Part shown: positions 11,942 to 23,603 of the stretch, piece by piece
Layout of the letters: each line of letters opens with the position of its first letter
How positions within the stretch are numbered: position 1 is the stretch's first letter
Source: Nitrosospira multiformis ATCC 25196
GTDB lineage: Bacteria; Pseudomonadota; Gammaproteobacteria; Burkholderiales; Nitrosomonadaceae
NCBI RefSeq assembly: GCF_000196355.1
Contig: NC_007614.1
Coordinates: forward strand, 2,580,001-2,612,000
Reading direction: 5' to 3'
Length of the DNA stretch: 32,000 bases
Translations under genes and position numbers: made by a program
Notes under the pieces: model-generated
Seen by the model: only the letters and a program-made list of their open reading frames with translations
What the model was told of the DNA's origin: nothing
Database searches by the model: none

Positions 11942-12673
11942 ATGAGTCCTCCTATCCTCGTTAAATCAGCCCTGATCGTCCTGCTGTTCATTGGGTTGCC
12001 TGCTATAGCCCGCGAGATTCCGGACACAACGGAAGAACGTGTGAAGGCATGCATCATTTGTCATGGCCCGGAAGATAAAAAGGGTAGAGATGAATATTAC
12101 CCTCGCATCGCCGGCAAACCGGAAGGCTATCTCTTCAATCAGTTACGGAATTTTCGGGATGGCCGCCGTCACTACCGGCCCATGGCCCTGCTGCTCGAAG
12201 GGCTGCCCGATGGCTATCTGTGGGAGATGGCCGAATATTTCTCCTCGCTAAAACAAGCCTTTCCCCCACCGGAACCAATGCGGGCTTCATCGCCCAAAGT
12301 CAAAATAGCGCGCAAACTGATCGATCATGGTGACGCAGGCCGGAATATACCGGCCTGCGTCGGTTGCCACGGCAAGGATTTGATGGGAATAGCACCGTTT
12401 ATTCCCGGCCTTCTTGGCCTACCGCGCGTATATATCATGGCCCAGTTCGGCAACTGGCAGCATGGAGCGCTGATGCGCGGACGAACGCCCGACTGCATGT
12501 CGGAAATAGCAAAGAAGCTTACCACCGAAGAGGTAAGCGCTGTCGCCATGTGGCTGGCCGCGCAACCTGTTCCGGATTCGGAAGAGAGGCATGCAGGCGC
12601 GGGAGTAGAACTACCCAAAAGGCTGGCAAGACGCTGCGCCAGCATCATTCCACAAGCGAACTCTCCCAAATGA
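11942..12673 (+). CDS. Secreted diheme c-type cytochrome (cytochrome c4-like)
   Basis: Signal peptide MSPPILVKSALIVLLFIGLPAIA; two CxxCH motifs (CIICHG, CVGCHG); YYPRIAGKPEGYLFNQLRNFRDGRR segment typical of cytochrome c553/c4 proteins. Confidence 0.88.
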   Translation: MSPPILVKSALIVLLFIGLPAIAREIPDTTEERVKACIICHGPEDKKGRDEYYPRIAGKPEGYLFNQLRNFRDGRRHYRPMALLLEGLPDGYLWEMAEYFSSLKQAFPPPEPMRASSPKVKIARKLIDHGDAGRNIPACVGCHGKDLMGIAPFIPGLLGLPRVYIMAQFGNWQHGALMRGRTPDCMSEIAKKLTTEEVSAVAMWLAAQPVPDSEERHAGAGVELPKRLARRCASIIPQANSPK

Positions 12674-13959
12674 GATACGGCTTCGTCACAATCCTGATCG
12701 CCGGGTTTACCGGCCTGAGCATTTTGCTGGTCCCCCCCGTTACGCTGTCACCCGCAGCTGAAAAGCCGGAGGTAGCGGGGATACGCGATACTGCCGAAAT
12801 CGAGGCGCAACGAGCACGCGGTGCTTATCTGGCCCGCATTGGGAACTGTCTAGGTTGTCACACGGCCTATAGCGGACTCCCATACGCTGGAGGACACCTC
12901 CTCGATACTTCGATCGGCGTATTCATCACGCCTAATATCACATCTGATAAAGAAACGGGTATCGGCCTCTGGAGCGAGGAAGATTTCTGGCGGGCTCTCC
13001 ATAATGGGAGGGGGCGCGATGGAAATCTCCTGTACCCGGCATTTCCGTATTCGGAATATACCAAGGTATCGCGCGAAGATTCCGATGCCATCTTTGCCTA
13101 CCTTCAATCACTTCCACCCGTGAGGCAGCGCAATGCGCCCAACCGCATCAATTTCCCCTTCAACTGGCGTCCACTGCTGCAGGTCTGGCAGCTTATTTAT
13201 TTTTCTCCCGGCATATATCTTCCCGATACGCTGCAGGATGACGAATGGAACCGGGGGGCCTACCTCGTGCAGGGGCTCGGGCATTGCAACGCATGTCATA
13301 CCCGGCGCAACTTGTTGGGAATAAGCAAAGGAGATATCCTGGGAGGAGGTCAGCTGATGGGTTCAAACTGGTATGCGCCATCACTGACTTCCCTGCAGGA
13401 AGCCAGTACCGCGGATTGGCCGATCGAAGACATTACGCGATTGCTGAAAACCGGATCCGCTTCGCGGGCTGTAACTACCGGACCGATGGCGAATGTCGTC
13501 AGCCAGAGTCTCCAGTTCCTGACAGAAGACGACGCACGGGCGGTGGCGAAATATTTGAAGTCTTTGCCCGAAACCGAGCCTCGCTCCCGTGGAACCGCCC
13601 CTCCTCTTACCGAAGAAGTCGACAAGCAGCTTAAAAAAGGGGGACAGATTTACGAAACCTATTGCCAGGACTGTCATGGAAATCTGGGGGAAGGTGCCCC
13701 GGGAAGCTATCCGGCGCTTGCCGGCAACCGTGGGGTGACAATGGCATCCCCGACCAACGCGATCCGCAGCGTTCTCAATGGCGGATATGCTCCTGTCACC
13801 GAGGTCCAGCGGCGTCCCTACGGAATGCCGCCATTTGCGCAAGTGCTACCCGACAAGGAGATTGCACTGGTGCTATCGTATATCCGTAACTCATGGGGCA
13901 ACCGGGGAAGCCTCGTTACCCCGGAACAGGTGGACCGAAGCCGAAAAGGCGCACAGTAG
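12670..13959 (+). CDS. Triheme c-type cytochrome (alcohol/aldehyde dehydrogenase cytochrome-subunit type)
   Basis: ATG at 12670 overlaps the previous stop (ATGA). MRYGFVTILIAGFTGLSILLVPP signal/anchor; three CxxCH motifs (CLGCH, CNACH, CQDCH); YLARIGNCLGCHTAYSGLPYAGGHLLDTSIGVFITPNITSDKETGIG. Confidence 0.9.
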   Translation: MRYGFVTILIAGFTGLSILLVPPVTLSPAAEKPEVAGIRDTAEIEAQRARGAYLARIGNCLGCHTAYSGLPYAGGHLLDTSIGVFITPNITSDKETGIGLWSEEDFWRALHNGRGRDGNLLYPAFPYSEYTKVSREDSDAIFAYLQSLPPVRQRNAPNRINFPFNWRPLLQVWQLIYFSPGIYLPDTLQDDEWNRGAYLVQGLGHCNACHTRRNLLGISKGDILGGGQLMGSNWYAPSLTSLQEASTADWPIEDITRLLKTGSASRAVTTGPMANVVSQSLQFLTEDDARAVAKYLKSLPETEPRSRGTAPPLTEEVDKQLKKGGQIYETYCQDCHGNLGEGAPGSYPALAGNRGVTMASPTNAIRSVLNGGYAPVTEVQRRPYGMPPFAQVLPDKEIALVLSYIRNSWGNRGSLVTPEQVDRSRKGAQ

Positions 13960-14013
13960 AACGCGTCGGCGAGTCCACCTCGGCATTATCAGTGAGTCGA
14001 TGAAATATCCGGC

Positions 14014-15006
14014 CTAGCCACAGTAACCGTTGGCCTGGAACCAGTTCATTGCATCCTCGAGCGCAGCCGCAGCCGGGCGATAGCGATAACCCAGTTCTCT
14101 TACCGCCTTGTCGCTGGAGTAGAACATCTTTTTCTTTGCCATGGAGACGCTGTCCACGGTAGCGCGCGGTTCAACCTTGGTAACGGTGGACATTTTTTCC
14201 ATCAACCAGGCAGCGGGCACCATCAGCTTGACGGGAAGGCCAAGCCGCCTGATCCGCCTGCCTCTTATCTCATCGATTTTCTGCAGAATCTGCAGCAAGG
14301 TCATGTTTTCCCCCCCGAGGATGTAACGTTCGCCGGGTTTTCCATGCTTGTATGCCAGCAGATGGCCTTCAGCGATATCGTCAGCGTGCACGATATTCAA
14401 GCCGGTATTCACGTATGCCGGCATTCGATTGCGCAATGTATCCACCACGAGGCGGCCGGTGGGGGTTGGCTTGATATCACGCGGTCCTATCGGCGTGGAA
14501 GGATTGACTATGACCATGGGTAGGTCATGTTCCCGTGTCATCTGCTGAACAATTTCTTCAGCCATGAATTTCGATCGCTTGTAGTGTCCGCACATCGATC
14601 CCAGGCTGGAAGGCGTATCTTCGTCGGCAGGAACGCCATTTTCAGCCGTCCCCAGGGTCGCCACACTGCTGGTATAGACCATGCGTTTCATTCCAGCTTC
14701 GGCGGCTGCAAGAACCAGTGCCCGGGTTCCCTTTACATTGATTTCGTACATGGTATCCGGATTGGGTACCCACAGGCGGTAGTCTGCCGCCACATGAAAC
14801 AAGTTATCGCACCCGGCGACCGCCCGTTTCAGCGAGGAAGCGGAACGCAAATCACCCTCCGAAATTTCAACGGGCAACTTATCAAGATTTCGCCGGTCGC
14901 TTCCCGGGCGGACAAGACAGCGCACCTCATGGCCCGCTTCCAGTAAACAGCGCGTTACTGCGGAGCCGACAAATCCATTGGCTCCGGTTATTAAAGACTT
15001 AGTCAT
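14014..15006 (-). CDS. hpnA: NAD-dependent epimerase/dehydratase, hopanoid-associated sugar epimerase type (HpnA-like)
   Basis: MTKSLITGANGFVGSAVTRCLLEAGHEVRCLVRPGSDRRNL...NLFHVAADYRLWVPNPDTMYEINVKGTRALVLAAAEAGMKRMVYTSSVATLG...NPSTPIGPRDIKPTPTGRLVVD. Start moved from 15051 to the ATG at 15006. Confidence 0.8.
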   Translation of the reverse strand: MTKSLITGANGFVGSAVTRCLLEAGHEVRCLVRPGSDRRNLDKLPVEISEGDLRSASSLKRAVAGCDNLFHVAADYRLWVPNPDTMYEINVKGTRALVLAAAEAGMKRMVYTSSVATLGTAENGVPADEDTPSSLGSMCGHYKRSKFMAEEIVQQMTREHDLPMVIVNPSTPIGPRDIKPTPTGRLVVDTLRNRMPAYVNTGLNIVHADDIAEGHLLAYKHGKPGERYILGGENMTLLQILQKIDEIRGRRIRRLGLPVKLMVPAAWLMEKMSTVTKVEPRATVDSVSMAKKKMFYSSDKAVRELGYRYRPAAAALEDAMNWFQANGYCG

Positions 15007-15347
15007 ATCTGACCCTTTCGACGTCTGGATTCGGGGGGAACCTGCGAGCAATCACTCGCTTCGTTGTCGTTCAGCGATGAATGCTGCTCCTGTCAGAGCC
15101 CACCACAGTTCGCAATGATCGAGGATCAGATGGCGGCGGACTCGAATCCGCAGAGGCGTTGCCTCGGGATGTTGCGCACTTACACAGCCTTCCATTTGAG
15201 GAAGAAGTAAAGTTCTTTATACGGGAATTCTGGATAATTCAGCAATAGATCATTATGTCTGAACCAGAACAAACGAAGCGTTACAAAGAACAAAATGCGA
15301 TCAACAGTATAAAATCTCTCTTCGCTCCACCTGCCAATCCCCTTCAA

Positions 15348-16991
15348 CTAGCTGCGGCTGGCCAGGTGCTTTTCCACATCTTCCTTACTGAAACCCAGGG
15401 CAGCCGCAACCCGATCCGCATGACTCACCCGGGAAACACCCGGAATCAGTCGATAGGTCGGGCCCTGCAGCGAAAATTCACCCTGGAGATAGCGGCCTAT
15501 CCCCTTGTCCTGCAAGCGCTCGCATAGCTCGTGGTTATGGGTAACCAGCAAGGTGCTTGCGCCAAGCTTGTAAAAACCAGCGAGAACGTACTCCGAGAGA
15601 TCCATCTTCTCTTCGAATGTCGTTCCCTCCGAAAGCTCATCCAGCACGACGAGACTGCGCGGCGTGGAATTGAAGAAAATTTCGCGCGTGCGTTTCAACT
15701 CGTGGCCAAAGCGCCCCATGCCCTCATCCAGATGGCCGGGGTCCGGTACCTGGTAGAAAACATGCTCAGCCAGCACCAGCCACCCGGCAGCGGCGGGAAT
15801 ATAGCAACCTATCTGTCCCAGCAGTTGAATCTGGACGACTGTCTTGCAATACGCAGTTTTGCCGCCGCTGTTGGGTCCGGTAATGACCAGCAAGCGGCCG
15901 GCATCATCGAGCGAAACATCATTCGGCACATAATTGGAGTTGGTCCTCGCGAGTACGGGATTCCGCGCTTCCCTGACTTCCAGGGTGTGCCGCTCGCTTT
16001 CCGATATTTCCGGCAAAGTCATCTTGCCGCCGAAGGCTGCCGAATAGCGATGGAAGGATAGCAGTTCGTCGAGCATTCCCAGCACATCCACCAATCGTGC
16101 CAGTTCAGGGCTGTGCTTGAACAGCTTGCGCAGTGGATAGATGACAGTATCGCGATCGGAGGCGGCAATTGCGATCAGAACAACGGGTAAAATCGGCACT
16201 GCCAGCACAAGTATCCCATAGCCGAGATAAGCGATGCCGAAACTCGCCATTAACCCCTGAAAAAAATAAAGCGCCGCACCGAGCGCAGCCACAGCGAAAA
16301 ATACCGGAATCGGCTTGAACATGGAGGGCGTGAAGCGCGAAAGCGGCAGATAGTGCGGTTTTTCTTCCCGGGTCTTGAATTTTCCTTCCGAGACATAGAC
16401 CGGGCCGCGCATCAGAGAATAAATCCTCGATTTGCCAAAGTCGCGAACAGCCTGAAATAGCTCCCGGAGATAAGCACTTTGCGGCTGAGGTAGATTTTCC
16501 ATCGTCTCGACCATGTCGATTGCAAATCCCGTGCCATCGATGAACTGGTGGTAGCCGTAACCGCTGAATTCCATTTCATCTTTACCGCCCCTGGAATTGT
16601 CTATGGCAATTCCCCCGGTAAAAGTACCGTAGAGTAAATGATAAAGAGACCGTTCTCCCCCTTTCATCGTATCGACGAAGTGCTGAAGCGCTTCACGAAG
16701 CATTGAATTTGACGCAAGTTCCCTTACTGCTTCCTGTTTCTTCTGAATCAGCGCCGCATCTGTCTCTGGTCGCGCAAGCGAGCGATAGAGCACGGATTGC
16801 CCCGCATGAGTAATAGCGTGATTGACCGAATCGAATAACTCATCGGCTTCGATTGCATCGAACGTTTTCGCATCCAGTACACTGTAGTCGTCTTCCTTCG
16901 GCCGGCTGTCTCGAATACCGCTGGGCTTCTGTCCACTGGAGAGAACAGGTTTTTGATTCCAGTATGAATTGGGAGCAGAGGGCGAATTCAT
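15348..16991 (-). CDS. MutS-family ATPase with central hydrophobic (membrane) segments
   Basis: 547 aa: C-terminal ABC-type MutS ATPase domain (Walker A GPNSGGKT, Walker B LVVLDELSEGT, TLLVTHNHELC). Central VFFAVAALGAALYFFQGLMASFGIAYLGYGILVLAVPILPVVLIAIAAS looks transmembrane. Confidence 0.85.
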   Translation of the reverse strand: MNSPSAPNSYWNQKPVLSSGQKPSGIRDSRPKEDDYSVLDAKTFDAIEADELFDSVNHAITHAGQSVLYRSLARPETDAALIQKKQEAVRELASNSMLREALQHFVDTMKGGERSLYHLLYGTFTGGIAIDNSRGGKDEMEFSGYGYHQFIDGTGFAIDMVETMENLPQPQSAYLRELFQAVRDFGKSRIYSLMRGPVYVSEGKFKTREEKPHYLPLSRFTPSMFKPIPVFFAVAALGAALYFFQGLMASFGIAYLGYGILVLAVPILPVVLIAIAASDRDTVIYPLRKLFKHSPELARLVDVLGMLDELLSFHRYSAAFGGKMTLPEISESERHTLEVREARNPVLARTNSNYVPNDVSLDDAGRLLVITGPNSGGKTAYCKTVVQIQLLGQIGCYIPAAAGWLVLAEHVFYQVPDPGHLDEGMGRFGHELKRTREIFFNSTPRSLVVLDELSEGTTFEEKMDLSEYVLAGFYKLGASTLLVTHNHELCERLQDKGIGRYLQGEFSLQGPTYRLIPGVSRVSHADRVAAALGFSKEDVEKHLASRS

Positions 16992-17226
16992 GATCAGGTT
17001 ATGTTGGAGTGATCAATTTCCGGGATAAGATTGGCAGCCTTTCTGAAATGAGGGATGCCCGGAGGAGAAGGCAGGGGCCTGAAAAGCAGTTTACGGCAGT
17101 GTAGCATCCCTTTGGTGGAAGGGCTGCTTCGACTGCGTGCCCATCGCTGTGCATGGCCACCTTTGACGTTTCAGTGAGAAAAGGCGATATCTTCCACTGA
17201 AAATCTACCACCGGGGCAGCCGCCCG

Positions 17227-18669
17227 TCAATGCGCGGCGAGCGGTGACTGGAGGGGACCCGGGGATTGGGGTCGAAACAGCGCATCGTTCACCTCCTTCA
17301 AATCCTCCTCGTCCAGTTCTCCCGCCTCTGCCTTCAACCGCAAACGTGACATGAGAAAATTGTAGCGCGCCTGCGCGAGATCCCGCCGCGCGGAATAATA
17401 CAATTGCTGGGCATTCAGCACGTCCACCTCGGTTCTGACGCCTACTTCCTGGCCAAGTTTGGTGGAATCGACCTGGCTCTGACTGGATACCAGCGCCTGC
17501 TTCAGCGCCGTTACCTGTGCAATGCCGTTGGTGACATTGAGATACTGCTGGCTTACCTGCAGTACGCTGTTGCGGCGGGTATTGTTCAGGTCCTGCAACA
17601 CCTTTTCCTGGATAGCCACTGCTTCGCGCACGCGCGACTGCACGGCAAAACCCTGAAACAGCGGAAAGCTGAGCTGTACCCCGATTTCTTTTGAGGTCAG
17701 ATCAATGGGACGCCCTGTGATCGTACCCCCCACCCCTTTCTGGTCGCTGTATATCGCAACGAGATCGAGCGTCGGATAATGCCCCGCCTGAGCCCGTTCA
17801 ACGTCCTTCTTTGCAATCTCGTACACCGCCTCCTGGACCTTCAGCGCGAGATTGTTCTGTTCGGCCACGCTGATCCAATCCTGCATCCTGGGGTACTTCA
17901 GCGTAAGCAGGTCGGAGGGTGTCTCCGTGGGATGGGCCAGATCTTCCGGTATCCGCCCGATGATCTGTTCGAGCGTTCTTTTACGCACTTCAAGTTCATT
18001 CAGTGCGCCTATTTCCAGCGCAGCCGTCAGATCGAAACGCGCCTGAGCTTCATGAGTATCGACGATGGTAGCAGTCCCGACTTCGAAGTTGCGCTTTGCC
18101 TGTGCAAGTTGCTCGCTGATGGCTTTTTTCTGCGCCTCTGCAACCTCCACGTTTACTTCCGCCAACAGAATATCCAGATATGCCTGCGCTACCCGCAGGA
18201 TCAGATCCTGCGCCGCCATGATGAACTCCGAATCGGCCTGTGCAACCTGAAGCTTCGATTGTTCGTAGATCGCGAAATTCTCCTTGCGATAGATCGGCTG
18301 AGTGGCGGTAATGGTCAGGCTCTGGTTATCGATGACAACTTCGGAAGGCCTGACGGCCACCCCCGTTCCAGTCGCGGTTCCAGTTCCGCCGATTCTTTCT
18401 ATATCGATCCACTGCCGGCGGCGCACACCCGCCAGCGTTACCGTGGGCAGCAGACCCGCCCGGCCCTGGGGCAGCTTTTCCTGGGCAGCCTGGTGCGTGA
18501 AGCGGGCTGCGCGAAACTGCGCGTCATTTTCCAACGCTTCATGATAGATGTCCATCATGTCCGCAGCTCGCAGCGGAGTGCTCAGCGCTCCGATAAACAG
18601 GAGCGCATGGACGTACGGCGCAATCTTGGATTTAGTTCCGGATTGCCTTGCGCTGCGTGAAAGGAACAT
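17227..18669 (-). CDS. TolC-family outer membrane efflux/type I secretion protein
   Basis: 480 aa with signal peptide and typical repeats: DIYHEALENDAQFRAARFTHQAAQEKLPQGRAGLLPTVTLAG...TQPIYRKENFAIYEQSKLQVAQADSEFIMAAQDLILRVAQAYLDIL. Confidence 0.9.
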   Translation of the reverse strand: MFLSRSARQSGTKSKIAPYVHALLFIGALSTPLRAADMMDIYHEALENDAQFRAARFTHQAAQEKLPQGRAGLLPTVTLAGVRRRQWIDIERIGGTGTATGTGVAVRPSEVVIDNQSLTITATQPIYRKENFAIYEQSKLQVAQADSEFIMAAQDLILRVAQAYLDILLAEVNVEVAEAQKKAISEQLAQAKRNFEVGTATIVDTHEAQARFDLTAALEIGALNELEVRKRTLEQIIGRIPEDLAHPTETPSDLLTLKYPRMQDWISVAEQNNLALKVQEAVYEIAKKDVERAQAGHYPTLDLVAIYSDQKGVGGTITGRPIDLTSKEIGVQLSFPLFQGFAVQSRVREAVAIQEKVLQDLNNTRRNSVLQVSQQYLNVTNGIAQVTALKQALVSSQSQVDSTKLGQEVGVRTEVDVLNAQQLYYSARRDLAQARYNFLMSRLRLKAEAGELDEEDLKEVNDALFRPQSPGPLQSPLAAH

Positions 18670-18764
18670 CTTCGTTGACTACAGTTAAAGATAGACGGAT
18701 AGCTATAGGAGAGTACCCCTGGATACGTCGCGTGGACGGCAATCCTGAAGTGCGGGCCGAAAGA

Positions 18765-19436
18765 TCAGAATGTAAATCTTGCCGGCTGCTTCGCATTTCT
18801 GAGTGGCGCAATACAGGTTTCGAACAGGCCGACCGTGCTATACGCGCCCCCGCGCCCGTTTTCCTCCTGGGCCACGCAAGTAACCAGAAGAGCCTGCATT
18901 ACCGGTGGATCGCCCACTACAGCAAAGAGACGCCCGCCGGTTTTAAGGCTTTTCTGAAATCCCTCCGGCAGCACCGGAGTGGATCCGGTCAGGACGATAA
19001 CGTCATAGGGACCGTGCTGGCCCCAGCCGCGGGCAGCATCGCCATTTTCTATCAGAACGTTGGCAATCTGGTGGTTCCGCAGGTTTTTTTCGGCCATGGC
19101 TGCCAGTTCCGGCACAATCTCCACGCTATGGACAAACTTCCCCTTTTTAGCAAGCAGCGCAGTCAGGTAGCCACTGCCGCTCCCTACCTCCAGAATTCTG
19201 TCAGTATTATTGATTCTCAACTCCTGCAGAATCCGCGCCTCAACCTTGGGGGCAAGCATTACCTCGCCGTATCCCAGCGGAATTTCCATATCGACGAATG
19301 CAAGTGAACGGTAAGCTGCCGGGACAAATTCCTCGCGCCGCAGCTCGAACAATAGTTGGAGAACCTCCTGATCCAGCACTTCCCACGTGCGAATTTGCTG
19401 CTCCACCATGTTATACCGGCTTTGTTCGAGATCCAT
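18765..19436 (-). CDS. pcm: Protein-L-isoaspartate O-methyltransferase-like protein
   Basis: SRYNMVEQQIRTWEVLDQEVLQLL...REEFVP...PLGYGEVMLAPKVEARILQEL...DRILEVGSGSGYLTALLAKKG. Start moved from 19481 to ATG at 19436. Confidence 0.82.
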   Translation of the reverse strand: MDLEQSRYNMVEQQIRTWEVLDQEVLQLLFELRREEFVPAAYRSLAFVDMEIPLGYGEVMLAPKVEARILQELRINNTDRILEVGSGSGYLTALLAKKGKFVHSVEIVPELAAMAEKNLRNHQIANVLIENGDAARGWGQHGPYDVIVLTGSTPVLPEGFQKSLKTGGRLFAVVGDPPVMQALLVTCVAQEENGRGGAYSTVGLFETCIAPLRNAKQPARFTF

Positions 19437-19512
19437 ATCCAACCATCTGCTCCTATATGAAATGTCATAACAAACTTGCAATTATTCCACATTTCCGTTA
19501 GCTTCACAGCAG

Positions 19513-21612
<2,100 letters not shown>

Positions 21613-21911
21613 GCGACATGACAGCCGGCTTGTGCCGGCTTGCCGTTGAAAAAGCAAAAGAGGAAGGCGGCAGGAGAATGCGGGCGAGATTCCATTGCCA
21701 GGACCTTCTCCTGCACGTTTCCCCCAAAAGCGTCGCAAGTATTCTCAAACCGAAGCGGTTTGATGCGATAATATCGAAAAAATAAACAGCCGCGGCTCGG
21801 CGTTACTTCTCTACTGGATATCCATTGCCTGTATTCCTTGGTAACACCATGGTTCATCCCCGTTCGTTCCCGGTTCCCCGCGGTCTCCCGGCTTCTGCCG
21901 GATAATCTGGA

Positions 21912-22733
21912 ATGGACTGGTTTCTTCTCCTCAAGGGGCTCATCCTTGGCATAGTCGAAGGTCTGACGGAATTTCTCCCGATTTCGTCCACGGGCCACCT
22001 GATTCTGGTCAGCGACCTGCTCAACTTCAATGACGAAAAGGGCAAGGTATTTACCATCGTCATTCAGCTTGGCGCGATTCTGGCGGTATGCTGGGAATAT
22101 CGCGTCAAGCTGCGCCATGTAGTGACGGACATCGGATCCCGCCAGGACGCAAACCGCTTTGTGTTGAATCTCTTGATCGCGTTTCTGCCCGCCGCAATTC
22201 TGGGTTTGCTGTTCATCAAAACCATCAAGCAATACCTGTTTCATCCGGTACCGGTCGCGCTGGCATTCATAGTCGGCGGCCTTCTAATTCTTTGGGCCGA
22301 GCGCCGGCCACATGTGGTGGACGTGGAACGGGTCGAAGACATGGACTGGAAGCATGCCTTGAAGGTGGGATTGGCTCAGTGCCTGGCGCTCATACCCGGC
22401 ACTTCGCGCTCGGGCGCCACCATCATTGGCGGCCTCTTCTTCGGCCTGTCGCGCAAAGCCGCTACTGAATTTTCATTTTTCCTCGCGATTCCGGTTATGT
22501 TCGCGGCGACTTTTTATGATCTTTACAAGAATCGCGATATCCTTCATCTGGATGATGCGAGCGTGTTCGCGATCGGGTTCGTGGCATCCTTTATCAGCGC
22601 TCTCCTGGCGGTACGAGGTTTACTCCGCTTTGTCAGCCAGCATGATTTCTCCGTTTTTGCCTGGTATCGCATCGGGTTCGGGATTATCGTCCTGATTACG
22701 GCCTACTCCGGGATGGTTCAGTGGTCGGGGTAA
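21912..22733 (+). CDS. uppP: Undecaprenyl-diphosphatase UppP/BacA
   Basis: [37 protein letters not shown]...[37 protein letters not shown]. Confidence 0.97.
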   Translation: MDWFLLLKGLILGIVEGLTEFLPISSTGHLILVSDLLNFNDEKGKVFTIVIQLGAILAVCWEYRVKLRHVVTDIGSRQDANRFVLNLLIAFLPAAILGLLFIKTIKQYLFHPVPVALAFIVGGLLILWAERRPHVVDVERVEDMDWKHALKVGLAQCLALIPGTSRSGATIIGGLFFGLSRKAATEFSFFLAIPVMFAATFYDLYKNRDILHLDDASVFAIGFVASFISALLAVRGLLRFVSQHDFSVFAWYRIGFGIIVLITAYSGMVQWSG

Positions 22734-22882
22734 GAAGCATTCCTTTCCAATGAGTTTTGCTCATGCACTGACGCTCTCCATTATTTTCCAGGTTATTGTC
22801 ACCGCGATAAGCACGTTCTGAACTTCTCTAGGGTCAGGATGAACAGGAGGTTCTAACTCAGAGCGATGGAAACGAAAGGCCC

Positions 22883-23341
22883 TCAACTCTGCACCCAAGG
22901 TAGTCCCGCCGCCTTCCAACCGCCCTTGGTACCGCGATGGCCGGTTGCATCTTTCTCACCTTCGAATCCTTCGAGAACGTTGTAGCAATTCGTATACCCC
23001 AGTTCGGAAGCAGTAGCTGCGGCCTGATGCGAGCGCCCTCCCGTACGGCAGATGAACATGACCAGCGATTCCTGATCTACCTGGCTGGAAAGATAGTTGA
23101 TGAAATCAGGGTTGGAACGCATTCCCGGATAAGACTGCCATTCGATTTCCACTGCACCGGGAATTCTTCCTACCCAATCCCATTCCGCGCGTGAACGCAC
23201 ATCCACCAGTTTCGCAGCCGGCGCTTCCTGGAGCAGGGTAAGCGCCTCGGCTGGTAACAGTGCCCCTTGGTAGGGCAGGTCCATTTCCTCGGCGCGCTTA
23301 TGCGCCCTTTCGAGTATTGCAGTAATTGTTTCGGTTTCCAT
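22883..23341 (-). CDS. Rhodanese-like domain protein
   Basis: METETITAILERAHKRAEEMDLPYQGALLPAEALTLLQEAPAAKLVDVRSRAEWDWVGRIPGAVEIEWQSYPG...VMFICRTGGRSHQAA; active-site CRTGGRS. Start moved from 23512 to 23341. Confidence 0.88.
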   Translation of the reverse strand: METETITAILERAHKRAEEMDLPYQGALLPAEALTLLQEAPAAKLVDVRSRAEWDWVGRIPGAVEIEWQSYPGMRSNPDFINYLSSQVDQESLVMFICRTGGRSHQAAATASELGYTNCYNVLEGFEGEKDATGHRGTKGGWKAAGLPWVQS

Positions 23342-23603
23342 ATGTTTACCATGACACGAATGAAATAATATGTAATGGTAATCGATTTTCAGCCATCTGG
23401 ATGCCTGGAAAACTTCAATCGAGGGACAGGATGCAACAAACCCTGTCTCCTCCAACTTGCGGTATTTTATTGCTGAGGGAATGGCCACTCCCCTCCTGGG
23501 ATATAATATCAATTCTGCAAATTCCCTTTATATGGGGACACTCCGCTTTTTAAAAGGAAGGCGCTTTCGCACGCTTGCATATTGATATGGTTTGGAGACT
23601 GAA

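Noticed and set aside
16999-17211. 70-aa ORF between the MutS-like and TolC-like genes
   Set aside because: Short, with no motif or RBS support.
17779-18660. 293-aa ORF antisense to the TolC-family gene
   Set aside because: Shadow ORF; the minus strand has signal peptide and TolC-type repeats.
21621-21640. AGCCGGC-TTGT-GCCGGCT hairpin just after thiC as a terminator
   Set aside because: The stem is perfect but no U-tract follows (TGCCGTTG). It could stabilise the mRNA end, but there is not enough support for a terminator call.
23540-23603. Possible sigma-54 (-24/-12) promoter upstream of glnA (GCAC...TTGC)
   Set aside because: In CGCACGCTTGCA the spacing between the GC(AC) and (TT)GC elements is too short for a sigma-54 site.
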